DNA from: a virus
IMG/VR virus record: IMGVR_UViG_2910705042_000001
Strand: one strand, 5' to 3'
Length of the DNA: 64,000 nucleotides
Shown one piece after another: positions 37,978 through 48,508 of this stretch (within the stretch, counting starts at the first letter, position 1; the number at the start of each line of letters is the position of its first letter). A program made the position numbers and the translations under genes. Under the pieces are notes generated by a model, which searched no databases, had not been told where the DNA came from, and was given only the letters and a program-made list of their open reading frames with translations.

Positions 37978-40630
37978 TACTCACACACCTGCGAAGAAGG
38001 CTCTCTCCCTTGCCACCACAGGAGCCAAGAATGTCGCCAAGAAGAAGCTCATCGTCCCGGTCGCTGTCATCGTTGCGATAGCCTGCGTGTTCAGCATCAT
38101 CTTCATCTCCATCGACTCCCTGTTCGGTTCGAGCGTGCAAACCCAGACCACCATCAATGACAATTCTGCCCAAGCAGTGGCAGACGCCGGATACGTCAAC
38201 CAAGAAAACTACGCCATCTTTCAAGATGCAACGTCCGGCACATCTGTGCCATGGCAGATTCTCGGTGTCCTGTCAGCCACCGGAACACTGTCCGGCACAA
38301 GTAATGGTGGTGCCAATTTGACGGTGGATGTTCCCGATGAATATGTCGACATTGTCAACCGGGCCGGGTCCATCTGCGAGGACATCACCCCCAACCTCAT
38401 CGCCGCACAAATCCACGCCGAATCCAGTTGGAACCCGAACGCTGGGTCTCTAGCCGGTGCCCAAGGCATCGCCCAATTCATGCCCGCCACATGGGCGGCA
38501 AACGGACTGGACGGGGATGGGGACGGCACAGCCGACATCCTCAACCCGATCGACGCCATCTGGAGCCAAGGCAACCTCATGTGTTCCAACGTCGCAGCCA
38601 TTAAGGTGTGGATCGCCGACGGAACAGTCTCCGGGGATGTCATCTCTCTCGCCCTTGCCGGATACAACGCCGGAATGGGTGCCGTGAAAAAAGCCGGGGG
38701 GATACCCAGCTACGTGGAGACAACGAACTACGTCTCGAAAATCCTCGCAGCCGTCTCCAACTCCTCCACCACGACCGTCACCTCTTCCTCATCCACACTC
38801 TCCCCATTGGCATGGGCCTACCAGCAAGAAGGAAAGCCCTACCGAAACTCTGGCCCCAACGCCAACTCCTCCACGTGCGGATCACGCGGACCAGCCTGCT
38901 TCGACTGCTCCGGACTGACATGGTCCGCCTTTAGTGCAACGCTGGGACTCGACATCGGATACACACCCGCCGCCCAATACGCGGGCTACGCCTCCTACGG
39001 AGGCCAACGCGTCAGTTCGGCAGACGACACCCTCGCCGTGGGAGACCTCATCTTCTGGTATGACACAAGCAAAGGCAAAGTCGGACACGTCGCCTTCTAC
39101 GCCGGAAACGGCAAAATCTACGACTCAGCCAACCCCACCGAAACCATCGGCGTGCGCGACATGTACAAGGACACCTCCACCTTCTACCGCATGGAATACG
39201 CCATCCGTATCCCCGGGGCCGCCACCGGAGTCAGCCCAGCCACCGGAAACTCATCCACCACAGGAGTCATCACCACCACATCCAGCACACTCTTTACCGG
39301 CGGCAATGGCCCCTTCCACCTGACCGACGACGCATCCATCACCGCCACCGACACGGCTATCCAAGCCCACTACATCACCTCCCTCCTCACCGCCGTTGCT
39401 TCCGACTACGACTTCGCCGTGGGCATCTCCGTCAACAAAGACGCACAAATCGTCGAAGACACCAGCGATGAAGCCACCCAAGCCATCCAAAAGACCCGCG
39501 ACGGATGGGTCACAACCCTCTCCACCCTGCCCATCTCAGGCATGAGCGAAGACCGTGCCGGACAAGCATGGGACATGGCCCGCCAGTGGTACATGGGGAT
39601 CCTCACCAACCCCTCCACCACATGCACCATCGGGGACGCTATCAACACCGACAACCTCGCAAACACCGACGGCACCATCGACGTGACCACAAACAACGAC
39701 GGAACCACCACAACCGTCTCTCTCGACGACACCCAAATCGCCAACGCCCAAACCATCTTCCACACCGCAACCGGCGCCGGAGCAACCCGCAACGAAATCC
39801 TCGCCCTCTTCCAAGTGGCCCTCGCCACCACCGAACTCACAAACATCCCCACAGGCCAATCCACCAACGGAGGCATCGGCATCCTCTCCCTATCCACCCG
39901 CGACGGTTGGGGAAGCGAAACCGACCTCATGAACCCAGCCACAGCCACCCTCAACTTCCTCGGACTGGACGGACGCACAAGCACCGCCGACGGCACCCGC
40001 CAAATCTCCGGCTACACCTCCATGACCCCATCCAACCTCGCACTCGCGGTCTATGGCGGCACCGTTTCGGACATGTTTGAGGCGTGGTCGGGTGCGGCAT
40101 CAATGCTCGTCAACGCGATGTCAACGTCGACGTGTACGACCAGTGGGACGTCGTCGGGAACATGGGTTCGTCCCGTCCCCGATTCTGTGGCCATCTCCTC
40201 CGTGTTCGGATATCGCAGCCTTCTCGTGTCTGGCTCCAACTTCCACACAGGTGTTGATTGGGCTGGGCCTGTGGGCACGCCGATCTATGCCATGTCGGAT
40301 GGGACTGTCGCCTATGTCGGGAAAGTGGGGGAGAGTCCCTACTATTCGGGTGCCTTCATCATCATCGACCACGGGGATGGGGTGTGGAGCGAGTACAACC
40401 ACATGTATGACGATGACATTGACGTCGCTGTGGGAAACACGGTCGTGGCTGGACAGCAGATCGCTAGTATTGGAAATGCCGGGAGATCGACAGGGCCTCA
40501 CGTTCACACAGCCATCATCTTTGATGACTCCCTGCCTCGTGTCCCCACACGCTCGACGCTGCAAGATCCCATCAAGTTTCTCACCGAACAAGGTGTGGAT
40601 GTGTGGCTGACCCAGACACCACTGTCATGA
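37970..40630 (+). CDS. Multidomain cell-wall hydrolase: SLT transglycosylase + NlpC/P60 + degenerate lysozyme-like + M23 peptidase
   Basis: AQIHAESSWNP..GAQGIAQFMPATW; FDCSGL...GHVAFY; GWGS..DLMNP; HTGVD...HVH. Start GTG 37970 with GGAGG. Confidence 0.85.
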   Translation: MPDTHTPAKKALSLATTGAKNVAKKKLIVPVAVIVAIACVFSIIFISIDSLFGSSVQTQTTINDNSAQAVADAGYVNQENYAIFQDATSGTSVPWQILGVLSATGTLSGTSNGGANLTVDVPDEYVDIVNRAGSICEDITPNLIAAQIHAESSWNPNAGSLAGAQGIAQFMPATWAANGLDGDGDGTADILNPIDAIWSQGNLMCSNVAAIKVWIADGTVSGDVISLALAGYNAGMGAVKKAGGIPSYVETTNYVSKILAAVSNSSTTTVTSSSSTLSPLAWAYQQEGKPYRNSGPNANSSTCGSRGPACFDCSGLTWSAFSATLGLDIGYTPAAQYAGYASYGGQRVSSADDTLAVGDLIFWYDTSKGKVGHVAFYAGNGKIYDSANPTETIGVRDMYKDTSTFYRMEYAIRIPGAATGVSPATGNSSTTGVITTTSSTLFTGGNGPFHLTDDASITATDTAIQAHYITSLLTAVASDYDFAVGISVNKDAQIVEDTSDEATQAIQKTRDGWVTTLSTLPISGMSEDRAGQAWDMARQWYMGILTNPSTTCTIGDAINTDNLANTDGTIDVTTNNDGTTTTVSLDDTQIANAQTIFHTATGAGATRNEILALFQVALATTELTNIPTGQSTNGGIGILSLSTRDGWGSETDLMNPATATLNFLGLDGRTSTADGTRQISGYTSMTPSNLALAVYGGTVSDMFEAWSGAASMLVNAMSTSTCTTSGTSSGTWVRPVPDSVAISSVFGYRSLLVSGSNFHTGVDWAGPVGTPIYAMSDGTVAYVGKVGESPYYSGAFIIIDHGDGVWSEYNHMYDDDIDVAVGNTVVAGQQIASIGNAGRSTGPHVHTAIIFDDSLPRVPTRSTLQDPIKFLTEQGVDVWLTQTPLS

Positions 40631-41382
40631 AAGGGAAGACGATGACACCACGCACAGCCCTCGCGGGCATGGCACTGACGGTATTACTCGTTTCCGGATG
40701 CGCCGGCCCGGACGCGGGGGAGGAAGCCACCTCTCCCGTATCGGTGGAAATCTCAGCGCCCGACTCGATCAGTGCCACACCAAACTCGAGCGCATCTGCT
40801 TCTGCCAGTGCATCTGGTTCAGCCAGCGCATCTGCTTCAGCCAGTGATGGTGCTTTTGATGGGACGGGTGTCCAATCCACGGCCCCCGAGGGGGTGACGG
40901 CCCGCCAGTGGGCGATCGACACGTATCAGGCCGCCCTCATCGTGGAGAAGTTCATTCACGCCAAGTATTCCTCCTACGATGGCGACTATTCCCGATGGAT
41001 GAAGAACGCAGCCATATATTCGACCGACAACCAGATTGCCAACGACACCGCCTACGCCACCACGCGCGATTCCATCCAGTTCACCGAGTGGATCGAAGAG
41101 GATGGGGTCACCTGTGAAGGTGTCTCGTGGCCGAACCAGTCATGGGTGGACCCGCTCAAAGAGACGACCGCTGACTCGTTCACCATCATCATTCCCATGC
41201 GCATCGAGTGCTTCTGGCCTTCCATGAGCGACTACGAGGTCCATGAGAAAACGGTGCTCTACTCGACAAGCTGGGGGTTGGGCGGTTTGAACGTCAACGA
41301 CTACTCGTACACGGTGGTCCGTTCTGGCGACTCATGGTTGGTGGACAACGAAGACACGGAAGAGCCAGGACTGGCGGACTGA
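40627..41382 (+). CDS. Lipoprotein
   Basis: Lipobox LVSG-C after a hydrophobic signal; SA-rich linker. Confidence 0.75.
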   Translation: MKGKTMTPRTALAGMALTVLLVSGCAGPDAGEEATSPVSVEISAPDSISATPNSSASASASASGSASASASASDGAFDGTGVQSTAPEGVTARQWAIDTYQAALIVEKFIHAKYSSYDGDYSRWMKNAAIYSTDNQIANDTAYATTRDSIQFTEWIEEDGVTCEGVSWPNQSWVDPLKETTADSFTIIIPMRIECFWPSMSDYEVHEKTVLYSTSWGLGGLNVNDYSYTVVRSGDSWLVDNEDTEEPGLAD

Positions 41383-41412
41383 CGGGACGGGCTTCCCGCA
41401 CACTGAGGGTGT

Positions 41413-42585
41413 GTGAACGTAACAGACCCGATCCTTGCACCCGGCTCCCCAGCCCGTGCCGCCCTCGCCCACGTGTGGGCAGGTGATGAAGTGGTTATCC
41501 TGTCTTCCCCACCCGGGGCAGGCAAGACCGAAGTCATCACCTCCATAGCACCCCATCTGGCCCAGTATGCCGATCTGACGGTCACGATCGCGACCCCGAC
41601 TGTCGCGGGAGCCTACGACCTGGCCTACCGTCTGAAGAACAAACTCTCCGCCTTCCCCGACATCTCGGTGGCTCTCGTCGGTTCTGCGTTTAATGCTCGT
41701 CGTTCCCGGGGTGTGCGCTTGGAGAAGACCCACTTGGGAATGTCCGCCGTCATCGAGGTGCGCACTGTCGCGTCGATGAAAATGTCTGCGGTGGCAACAG
41801 ATGTCCTCATTGTGGATGAGGCCTACCAGTGCACGGCTCTCGACGTGCGTGAAGCGGCAGGGCGGGCCAGCCAGATTCTTCTCGTGGGGGACCCCGGACA
41901 GATTGGACCCGTCATCACGATTGACACGATCGCATGGGACGGATTGAAGGACTCACCTGCGCTGCGATCCCCGGACATGTTTTCCACGTGGCCCGGTGCG
42001 ATCCTCCTACATCTGGATTCGTCATTCCGTCTAGGGACAGACACCGTCCGTGCCATCAAGCCTCTCTACGACTTCGACTTTGTCTCGTCCCGGCCACCTG
42101 CCAGTATCGAGGGAGAGAAGGAGATCTCCATTCTTGACCTAGGGAGGATTGCTCAACCGGCTGATGTGAGCGCGATGCGGCGCGTCGTTTCCCGGGCGGC
42201 ATCATTGGTGGGACGCACCTACAGGTACGGCGACAAAGAGAAGGCACTCACTCCAGCAGACGTTGTTCTCATGGCCAGCCGCAACGAACAGGTTGCCCTT
42301 CTGGAGTCCCTTGTCGCCGCAGACAAGGGACTCAAAGGCATGATCGTGGGCACCGCTGATTCTCTCCAAGGGGGACAGTGGCCGGTCGGGGTAGCTGTCG
42401 ACCCACTCGCGGGTGCGGCAACCGCCTCGGATCACGCGATGACACCGGGGCGACTGTGTGTCATGTGCTCGCGCCACATCGCCCATCTGACCTTCGCCAC
42501 CAGCGCGGATGTGACGGAACTCCTCGCCGACTCAACAACCATCCAGCGCACCGTCCGTGAGAACCTGACAGAAGCCAGCGCATGA
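41413..42585 (+). CDS. Superfamily 1 helicase-like ATPase
   Basis: SPPGAGKT, VDEAYQ, VGDPGQIGP, SFRL, TADSLQG. Confidence 0.8.
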   Translation: MNVTDPILAPGSPARAALAHVWAGDEVVILSSPPGAGKTEVITSIAPHLAQYADLTVTIATPTVAGAYDLAYRLKNKLSAFPDISVALVGSAFNARRSRGVRLEKTHLGMSAVIEVRTVASMKMSAVATDVLIVDEAYQCTALDVREAAGRASQILLVGDPGQIGPVITIDTIAWDGLKDSPALRSPDMFSTWPGAILLHLDSSFRLGTDTVRAIKPLYDFDFVSSRPPASIEGEKEISILDLGRIAQPADVSAMRRVVSRAASLVGRTYRYGDKEKALTPADVVLMASRNEQVALLESLVAADKGLKGMIVGTADSLQGGQWPVGVAVDPLAGAATASDHAMTPGRLCVMCSRHIAHLTFATSADVTELLADSTTIQRTVRENLTEASA

Positions 42586-43586
42586 ACGAACTGACCATCC
42601 CCGCTATCCCGACGTTGACCTCCACCGCCACCACCTACATTGCGGTTGTGGATGGGAAACTGGTCATGAACCACGATGGGCGGACCATTCGCTCGTCTTC
42701 CATGATCCACCTCATCGACAAGGAGATGTGGCGCTGGCAGAACAAGGACAAGATTCCCCACATCGTTGTCCCCAATGACAAAACCGTCCAGTACCTCATG
42801 CGGGCCGCCCGCAAACTCAACCCGTCGGTGGCAACCCGACTGTCCATCCTTGCCTCCCTGTCGGGTTCGTCCCTGTTCGTCCAACTGGACAAGGCTCTCT
42901 CCCGCAAGTTCGTCGGGGAAGAAGCGACGATCTCGGGATGGGTGAAGACGCTGGGTATTGACGTGCCCACGGGTGAAAAGTCCGCCGTCATGTTCACAAT
43001 CATGGAAGACCTGTTCGACAGGGTCTGTTCGGGGACGTTTTCTTCCGGGCAGGCTGAACTTGTCGGACGGCTCGAAGAAGATGAACAGTCCATGGTCACG
43101 AGCCTTGACCCGTACCGCCAGTTCGCCTACGCCACCAACCTCTCCGACTCGTGGATGGCACTCCAAATGGCAGACCCGGTGGGACGGACAGTCTTCACGT
43201 TTGACGGGTCCGTCATCGACGCGACCGTCACCCATATCGTTCCCGGTATCTCTGTGACGGTGCAGGCTGAGCGTTCCCCCAAGTTCCGCTCCGGGAAAAT
43301 GGTTACCTGTCTGCTACCAGATAGTGGTTTTCCTGCGTGGGACAACGAAGAGTTTCGTCTCCTGCGCACGACACTTAACCGTGCCGGGCAGGCCGAGATG
43401 CTGCTCAGCCCGAAGCGGTCGACACGACTGAATGTTGGGGATGCGGCTACATTCATGGAAGCTCCCTTCCTCATGAAGACTTTCACGAGGGAATCCAAGT
43501 GGCGTGCGGGCACACCTATCCCACCGATGCGGCGCACCCTGCCCGATGACCTCATGTCCGACTTGGGGGAGGTGAGCGTCTCGTGA
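42582..43586 (+). CDS. Hypothetical protein
   Basis: 334 aa, coupled on both sides. Confidence 0.7.
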   Translation: MNELTIPAIPTLTSTATTYIAVVDGKLVMNHDGRTIRSSSMIHLIDKEMWRWQNKDKIPHIVVPNDKTVQYLMRAARKLNPSVATRLSILASLSGSSLFVQLDKALSRKFVGEEATISGWVKTLGIDVPTGEKSAVMFTIMEDLFDRVCSGTFSSGQAELVGRLEEDEQSMVTSLDPYRQFAYATNLSDSWMALQMADPVGRTVFTFDGSVIDATVTHIVPGISVTVQAERSPKFRSGKMVTCLLPDSGFPAWDNEEFRLLRTTLNRAGQAEMLLSPKRSTRLNVGDAATFMEAPFLMKTFTRESKWRAGTPIPPMRRTLPDDLMSDLGEVSVS

Positions 43587-44116
43587 ACATTGTCGGACTC
43601 GACCTGTCCCTGACCAGCAGTGGTATTGCCGTCATCGACTCACAGATGGCTATCCACACCTGTGCCCACGGGGAGAAGGGGCACGGCAGAGACAGCGCGC
43701 TGACCCGTAACCCGAAAGTTGTCCGCCTGGCCGACATCATCGCGGGTCATGTCCTACCCGGCAGTTTCGTCGTCATCGAAGGACCGTCCTACAACTCGGT
43801 TTCCACCTCATCATGGGATCGGGGTGGACTCTGGCACATGGTCGTTGCTGCCGTGCGGGAAGCCGGGTGTTCGGTCAGCGTCACCCCGCCGGCGAACGCG
43901 AAGATGTGGATGGCGGGGCACCCGCACGCAGGCAAGACCCTCATGCGGGCCTGTGCCCAGGAGTTCACCGCCACACCGCTAGAATCCCACGACGAAGCCG
44001 ACGCCCTCACCTTCGCTCTTATGGGAGCACACCACTTGGGACTTATCCATCCAAGCGGAACCTACCGGGATCGCGCCCTCGTCGGGGTGGAGTGGGGTGA
44101 GCCTCCCGCACACTAG
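43583..44116 (+). CDS. RuvC-like Holliday junction resolvase (actinophage type)
   Basis: IVGLDLSLTSSG, VVIEGPSY, P...KMW..G...K, HDEADA. Confidence 0.85.
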   Translation: MNIVGLDLSLTSSGIAVIDSQMAIHTCAHGEKGHGRDSALTRNPKVVRLADIIAGHVLPGSFVVIEGPSYNSVSTSSWDRGGLWHMVVAAVREAGCSVSVTPPANAKMWMAGHPHAGKTLMRACAQEFTATPLESHDEADALTFALMGAHHLGLIHPSGTYRDRALVGVEWGEPPAH

Positions 44117-44122
44117 GGGAGC

Positions 44123-44416
44123 ATGAAACGTTTCCTGTTCCCCATACCGTTCTGGGGGTGGATCATTCCGGCCGTGGCATGGACATTCGGAACCTACTAC
44201 CTGCCCGGAGCGTGGAGTGCACTTGCCTTCTCCTCGTGGCTGGCCATGCCCACACTGGGGACACTGGCTCTGAGTGAGTCAGCTCGGACTCAGTGGGGCT
44301 TGTGGCTCGGCCTGTGGCTTGTGACGCCTCTCCTTCAACCCGTCTTTACTGTCCCATGGATCGGACTGGGGTGGGCGTTCATCATGGGGAGGTCCTCGTG
44401 GGTCAAGCAATCCTGA
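44123..44416 (+). CDS. Small Trp-rich membrane protein
   Basis: Hydrophobic throughout; motif 9 nt upstream. Confidence 0.6.
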   Translation: MKRFLFPIPFWGWIIPAVAWTFGTYYLPGAWSALAFSSWLAMPTLGTLALSESARTQWGLWLGLWLVTPLLQPVFTVPWIGLGWAFIMGRSSWVKQS

Positions 44417-46398
44417 CTGGCACGTGGAAACGGCCTGAACTTCTCATTTCCACTGGGCCACGCTGTCCTTTTCGCGGTGCAGTCAGGCGAGATGATGGTT
44501 TGTGGGAGACCACGTGGCGTGACCCTGATGGGCGGTGCCGCGAAGCCGGTCTGCGTATCGTCCGCGACCCCGAGTTCACCCCGCGCCCGGGAACGAATGG
44601 GAAAGGACGCCTCTCTCAATACGTTCACCCTCTCGGTGTCCGAGTAGGTGAAGAGATTCGTGTCTATCCGCGACTCGGTGGTATTGCCAGCGTCGAAAAG
44701 ATCACCGGGCCGCTGCCCGTGGATGCCGAGCGGCGCTCCATCCTTACCCGCGACCAAGCTCTCCGTGGGGCACAAGGTGTCGAATTGTCAGTTGGCGCCC
44801 GTGACTTTCTTGCAGACGTGCCCATACCCGCGTGGTTCGGGCTTTCCCTGTACGGCTACCAGAAGGACGGTGCGCACGCTCTGGTCTCGGGACGCCCCTA
44901 CACCGCTGACGAACCGGGACTGGGCAAAACCCGCCAACTCTTGGCCGCCGCCGCAATCATCAACGCTCAGCGGGTCATCATTGTCTGCCCGCCGGTGGCC
45001 ATCACCTCATGGGCGAGAGAAGCCTCGGCATCGGGTATCGGGCAATCAGACCACCCGTCCGACTCGATCGTCCTCACCGACGCCAGCTCCGCCCCTGTGG
45101 CAGAGCACGTCCGACCCATCTACTCCGGACGCAAAATGCCCAAGATTCCTCGCGATGGGGGTGTTGTCATTGTCTCCGACTCGATGCTCAGCTCGCGTCC
45201 CGCACTGGCCAAAGCCCTCGCCCAGTGGGAGTCCGATTGCCTCATCGTTGATGAAGCACACCGACTGAAGAACGCCAAAGCGGTGCGCACCAAGGCGGTC
45301 CTGTCATTGTCCACGTCCATCCGAGGCCCCATCTTCGCCGCCTCGGGCACACCCATTTACGCCAACCCGCTCGAACTGACGAGCCAACTCGAACTTGTCC
45401 GCCGAATGAGAATGCCGTTTGGTGGGCCGTCATCATTCCTCTCCACCTATTTCACGAAGCTCAGCTACGGAGCCTACGTTCCCCGCTCGGGTGCTCGCGA
45501 AGCAATGCGCGAGAAGTTGGAGAAGAAGGTGTGGATACGTCGCCGCAAGTCCGATGTCCTGGCCGACCTGCCCGACAAGATCCGCGTCCCCATGATTGTT
45601 GACGTGGATTTGAAGAACTTCCGGCAAGCCCATACAGACGTTATTACCCGCATCGACGAATGGTTCCACGCCTCCGGACGTGCGTTAGCCTCCATGGACT
45701 CAGACGAACGAGAACGAGCTTTCGCCGATTTCTCTCACGACTCGCTTTCCCTCATTTCCACGTTGCGAGTCGCTGCCGGACTGTGCAAAATCCCGACTGC
45801 CATCGACATCATCACCGAGCACTTGGCAGCTCATCCCGCCAACGACAATGGGCTGTATGAGGAGCCCGTCATCCTCTGGGCGCACCACAAAGAAGTCGCC
45901 GACGCTCTCCTGTGCGCCGCGCGGGAGGCGGTCGGATCAGACAAAGTGGCCGCCATTGTTGGCTCCACATCCCCGGCAACCCGTGGACGCATCACCGCCG
46001 ACTTCCAAAACGGGAAGATCGCCGTCCTCGTCGCCTCCATCACCGCAGCCGGGGTGGCCATCACTCTCACCCGCAGCCACACCGCCTTCTTCGTGGAAAC
46101 TGACTGGACACCAGCCAACGTCATTCAAGCTGAAGACCGAATCCACCGCATCGGTCAGACCATCCCGCCCACCCTGACAACCCTTATCGCACCGGGAACC
46201 TTAGACGAAACTATCCAACTCATCCTTCACACAAAGTCCATCACCCTCAACGCGGTCCTTGGAGGGGACTTGGACACGTCCGTCACGCAGGACTATGCCC
46301 AACCCGCAGCCCACATTCTCAACAACATTGTCACGAACAGGTGGAACACGACATGGCACAAAAGCTTCTCCCCAAAGAAGACATCCCCGAAGAAATAG
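44398..46398 (+). CDS. SNF2-family (SF2) helicase
   Basis: LYGYQ..G, ADEPGLGKT, LIVDEAH, SGTP..N, QAEDRIHRIGQ. Start GTG 44398 with GGGGAGG. Confidence 0.88.
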   Translation: MGQAILTGTWKRPELLISTGPRCPFRGAVRRDDGLWETTWRDPDGRCREAGLRIVRDPEFTPRPGTNGKGRLSQYVHPLGVRVGEEIRVYPRLGGIASVEKITGPLPVDAERRSILTRDQALRGAQGVELSVGARDFLADVPIPAWFGLSLYGYQKDGAHALVSGRPYTADEPGLGKTRQLLAAAAIINAQRVIIVCPPVAITSWAREASASGIGQSDHPSDSIVLTDASSAPVAEHVRPIYSGRKMPKIPRDGGVVIVSDSMLSSRPALAKALAQWESDCLIVDEAHRLKNAKAVRTKAVLSLSTSIRGPIFAASGTPIYANPLELTSQLELVRRMRMPFGGPSSFLSTYFTKLSYGAYVPRSGAREAMREKLEKKVWIRRRKSDVLADLPDKIRVPMIVDVDLKNFRQAHTDVITRIDEWFHASGRALASMDSDERERAFADFSHDSLSLISTLRVAAGLCKIPTAIDIITEHLAAHPANDNGLYEEPVILWAHHKEVADALLCAAREAVGSDKVAAIVGSTSPATRGRITADFQNGKIAVLVASITAAGVAITLTRSHTAFFVETDWTPANVIQAEDRIHRIGQTIPPTLTTLIAPGTLDETIQLILHTKSITLNAVLGGDLDTSVTQDYAQPAAHILNNIVTNRWNTTWHKSFSPKKTSPKK

Positions 46399-46727
46399 AA
46401 GCCGCCTCCTACGCGCTCACGCTCTTGAAAGTTGCGGGAGTGAACACATGGGATGAACTGGAAACGACGCCACTGCAACCCAAGAGAAGAGCCGCGTTGA
46501 AAGACATTGTTCTCGATGAGGACCAGCGCCGCATCTTGGAGGAATACCGCCAGATCGTGCGCCTCGTCTGTGTTGGCCCGCCGATGGTGACGATCAGCGT
46601 ATGCGAGACGTGCGGGAACGTCATGGCCGTGTGTCGGTCCTCCTCCACGAAGTGCCGACGCCCCAAAGGATGTGCGGGCAAGACAATGCGTGCCTCTGCC
46701 GCAGCCCGCGTGAGAATCGAGGAGTAA
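46353..46727 (+). CDS. Hypothetical Zn-ribbon protein
   Basis: CETCG...C...KC....C.G at the C-terminus. Confidence 0.6.
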   Translation: MAQKLLPKEDIPEEIEAASYALTLLKVAGVNTWDELETTPLQPKRRAALKDIVLDEDQRRILEEYRQIVRLVCVGPPMVTISVCETCGNVMAVCRSSSTKCRRPKGCAGKTMRASAAARVRIEE

Positions 46728-46732
46728 GACAC

Positions 46733-46771
46733 AACACACAAGGCCACCTCTCGCAGGTGGCCTTGTGTGTT
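46733..46771. terminator. Probable bidirectional intrinsic terminator
   Basis: Perfect 16-bp stem AACACACAAGGCCACC-N7-GGTGGCCTTGTGTGTT between convergent genes. Confidence 0.8.
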
Positions 46772-46789
46772 ACAGGGGCGGGACGGGGC

Positions 46790-46829
46790 TTAGTTGGCGA
46801 CGTCTGCCTCGGTTAGATCGTGCCGGGAG
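46790..46829 (-). pseudogene. Detached 3' end (..FSRHDLTEADVAN*) of the gene at 56672-57792
   Basis: Continues in frame when the composite transposon and one AAC copy are removed. Confidence 0.8.
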
Positions 46830-46898
46830 AACGGGACTGCTGCATGGTTGGGTGACGTTTGACTTGGCTAGTTTTTGCTGGCCTGGGAGGATGTTGTT

Positions 46899-47207
46899 AT
46901 GACTGTTTCTTATTCGCAGGAGTTCCGTGATGATGTTGTGCGTGTCGCGCTTGATCGCGGCCCGGGGGTCACGCGTGAGCAGATCGCGAAAGATTTTGGT
47001 ATTCATGTTGGCACGTTGGATAAGTGGTTGAAACAGGCTCGTATTGAATCTGGGGACAAACCTGGAATCACGAGAGTCGAATCCCAAGAGCTTCGAGAAC
47101 TGCGTAAACGTAACCGTTTGCTTGAACAAGAAAATGAGGTTCTGCGCCGGGCCGCGGCCTACTTGAGTCAGGCGAATCTACCGGGAAAAGGATCTACCCG
47201 CTTGTGA
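46899..47207 (+). CDS. IS3 transposase OrfA (HTH)
   Basis: YSQEFRDDVV...IAKDFGIHVGTL..W...ELRELRKRNRLLEQENEVLRRAAAY. Confidence 0.9.
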   Translation: MTVSYSQEFRDDVVRVALDRGPGVTREQIAKDFGIHVGTLDKWLKQARIESGDKPGITRVESQELRELRKRNRLLEQENEVLRRAAAYLSQANLPGKGSTRL

Positions 47208-48091
47208 GTGAGCTCGCCGATGATGGTATTCGCGTCGCGGTGTCCTTGCGGGTTCTCAAGCTTTCTAGGGCGCCGTATTATCGCTGGTTGAAGAACCCAG
47301 TGAGCTCGACTGAATTGGAAGAGGCCTACCGGTCTAACGCGCTCTTTGATGCTCACCGGGATGATCCCCAGTTCGGTCACCGTCTCCTGGCTGACCAAGC
47401 CAGGGATACCGGTGAAAGTATGTGTGATCGTACCGCGTGGAAGATCTGCTCGGTCAATGGGTGGTGGTCTTCTTTTGGGAAGAAGAAAGGGAAGAACGGG
47501 AAGAAGCCGGGCCCACCCGTCCATGATGACCTGTGTGCCTATGAGGACAAGCACGGCGTCACCCGGCATCGCTTCACAGCTAACAGCACTAATGAGCTGT
47601 GGTTGACCGACATTTCGGAGCACTGGACGAGGGAAGGCAAGCTCTACTTGTGTGCCGTCAAAGACGCTTACTCGGGGCGGATCGTGGGGTACTCCATCGA
47701 CTCGCGGATGAAAGCCAGCCTCGCAGTGAACGCCGTAGAAAACGCCGTGCAGTGCCGGGGAAACGTGCGCGGCTGCACGGTGCATTCCGATCGTGGATCC
47801 CAATTCCGCTCCCGTGAATTCCTGGATGCTCTGACTTCTCACGCTCTGATCGGGAGCATGGGTAGGGTTGCTGCTGCCGGGGATAACGCGGCCATGGAAA
47901 GTTTCTTCGCTCTGCTCCAAAAGAACGTACTTGACCAGCAGATTTGGGATAGTCGTGAGGAACTACGCATGGCGATCGTGTGGTGGATAGAGAGGACCTA
48001 CCACCGCCGACGCAGACAAGCCCGCCTCGGCAAGTTGACACCCATCCACTTTGAAACCATGATGAACAAACAGGCCGCACAAGCAGCCTGA
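47204..48091 (+). CDS. IS3 transposase OrfB (DDE), likely fused to OrfA by -1 frameshift at GGGAAAAG
   Basis: WLTDISEH, HSDRGSQF, DNAAMESFF; the -1 frame reads KRIYPLVSEL. Confidence 0.9.
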   Translation: MSELADDGIRVAVSLRVLKLSRAPYYRWLKNPVSSTELEEAYRSNALFDAHRDDPQFGHRLLADQARDTGESMCDRTAWKICSVNGWWSSFGKKKGKNGKKPGPPVHDDLCAYEDKHGVTRHRFTANSTNELWLTDISEHWTREGKLYLCAVKDAYSGRIVGYSIDSRMKASLAVNAVENAVQCRGNVRGCTVHSDRGSQFRSREFLDALTSHALIGSMGRVAAAGDNAAMESFFALLQKNVLDQQIWDSREELRMAIVWWIERTYHRRRRQARLGKLTPIHFETMMNKQAAQAA

Positions 48092-48350
48092 CCAACCTGT
48101 CACCTAAACGTGCAGCAGTCCCTCACGATCTTGTTAAGTCTTGGCTATTATTTTCATCTTGTTCTCGATCAACAGGCGACTTTGATTAGAGGTCTATGAC
48201 GGGAATCGATGCGATACAGAGTAGACCATTGGCCTATCTGCGGCAGCTATGCGTCGACTGTGCAATGGGGGATATGAGACGCAGTTGGGGTTCCGACGGC
48301 TAGCCCGCAAGGCAAGGAATCACGCTCCCCGCGGCGGGCTATCTCGCGTG

Positions 48351-48473
48351 TCACTTTGTCTTGTCGTTTGCCTTCTTGAGTCGCTCGAGAAGATTTGCCT
48401 TCTCATTTAGCCGCTTTGCTTCTGCACGAAGCTCTCTCGGTGATTTGTTTTTGGAACCTTTTGGGCGTGGCAT
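48351..48473 (-). CDS. 40-aa basic microprotein with AT-hook-like RPKGSKNK and a coiled coil
   Basis: MPRPKGSKNKSPRELRAEAKRLNEKANLLERLKKANDKTK; RBS AGGAAG; below the ORF-track size cutoff. Confidence 0.65.
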   Translation of the reverse strand: MPRPKGSKNKSPRELRAEAKRLNEKANLLERLKKANDKTK

Positions 48474-48508
48474 CTGGTCACTTCCTATCGTATATGTATC
48501 GTAAAAAT

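Larger units (their letters stand above)
46833..48122 (+). mobile_element. IS3-family element, copy 1 (1290 bp)
   Basis: 24-bp terminal IRs, 21/24 identical (GGGACTGCTGCA...GGTGAC); orfA/orfB organisation. Confidence 0.92.
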
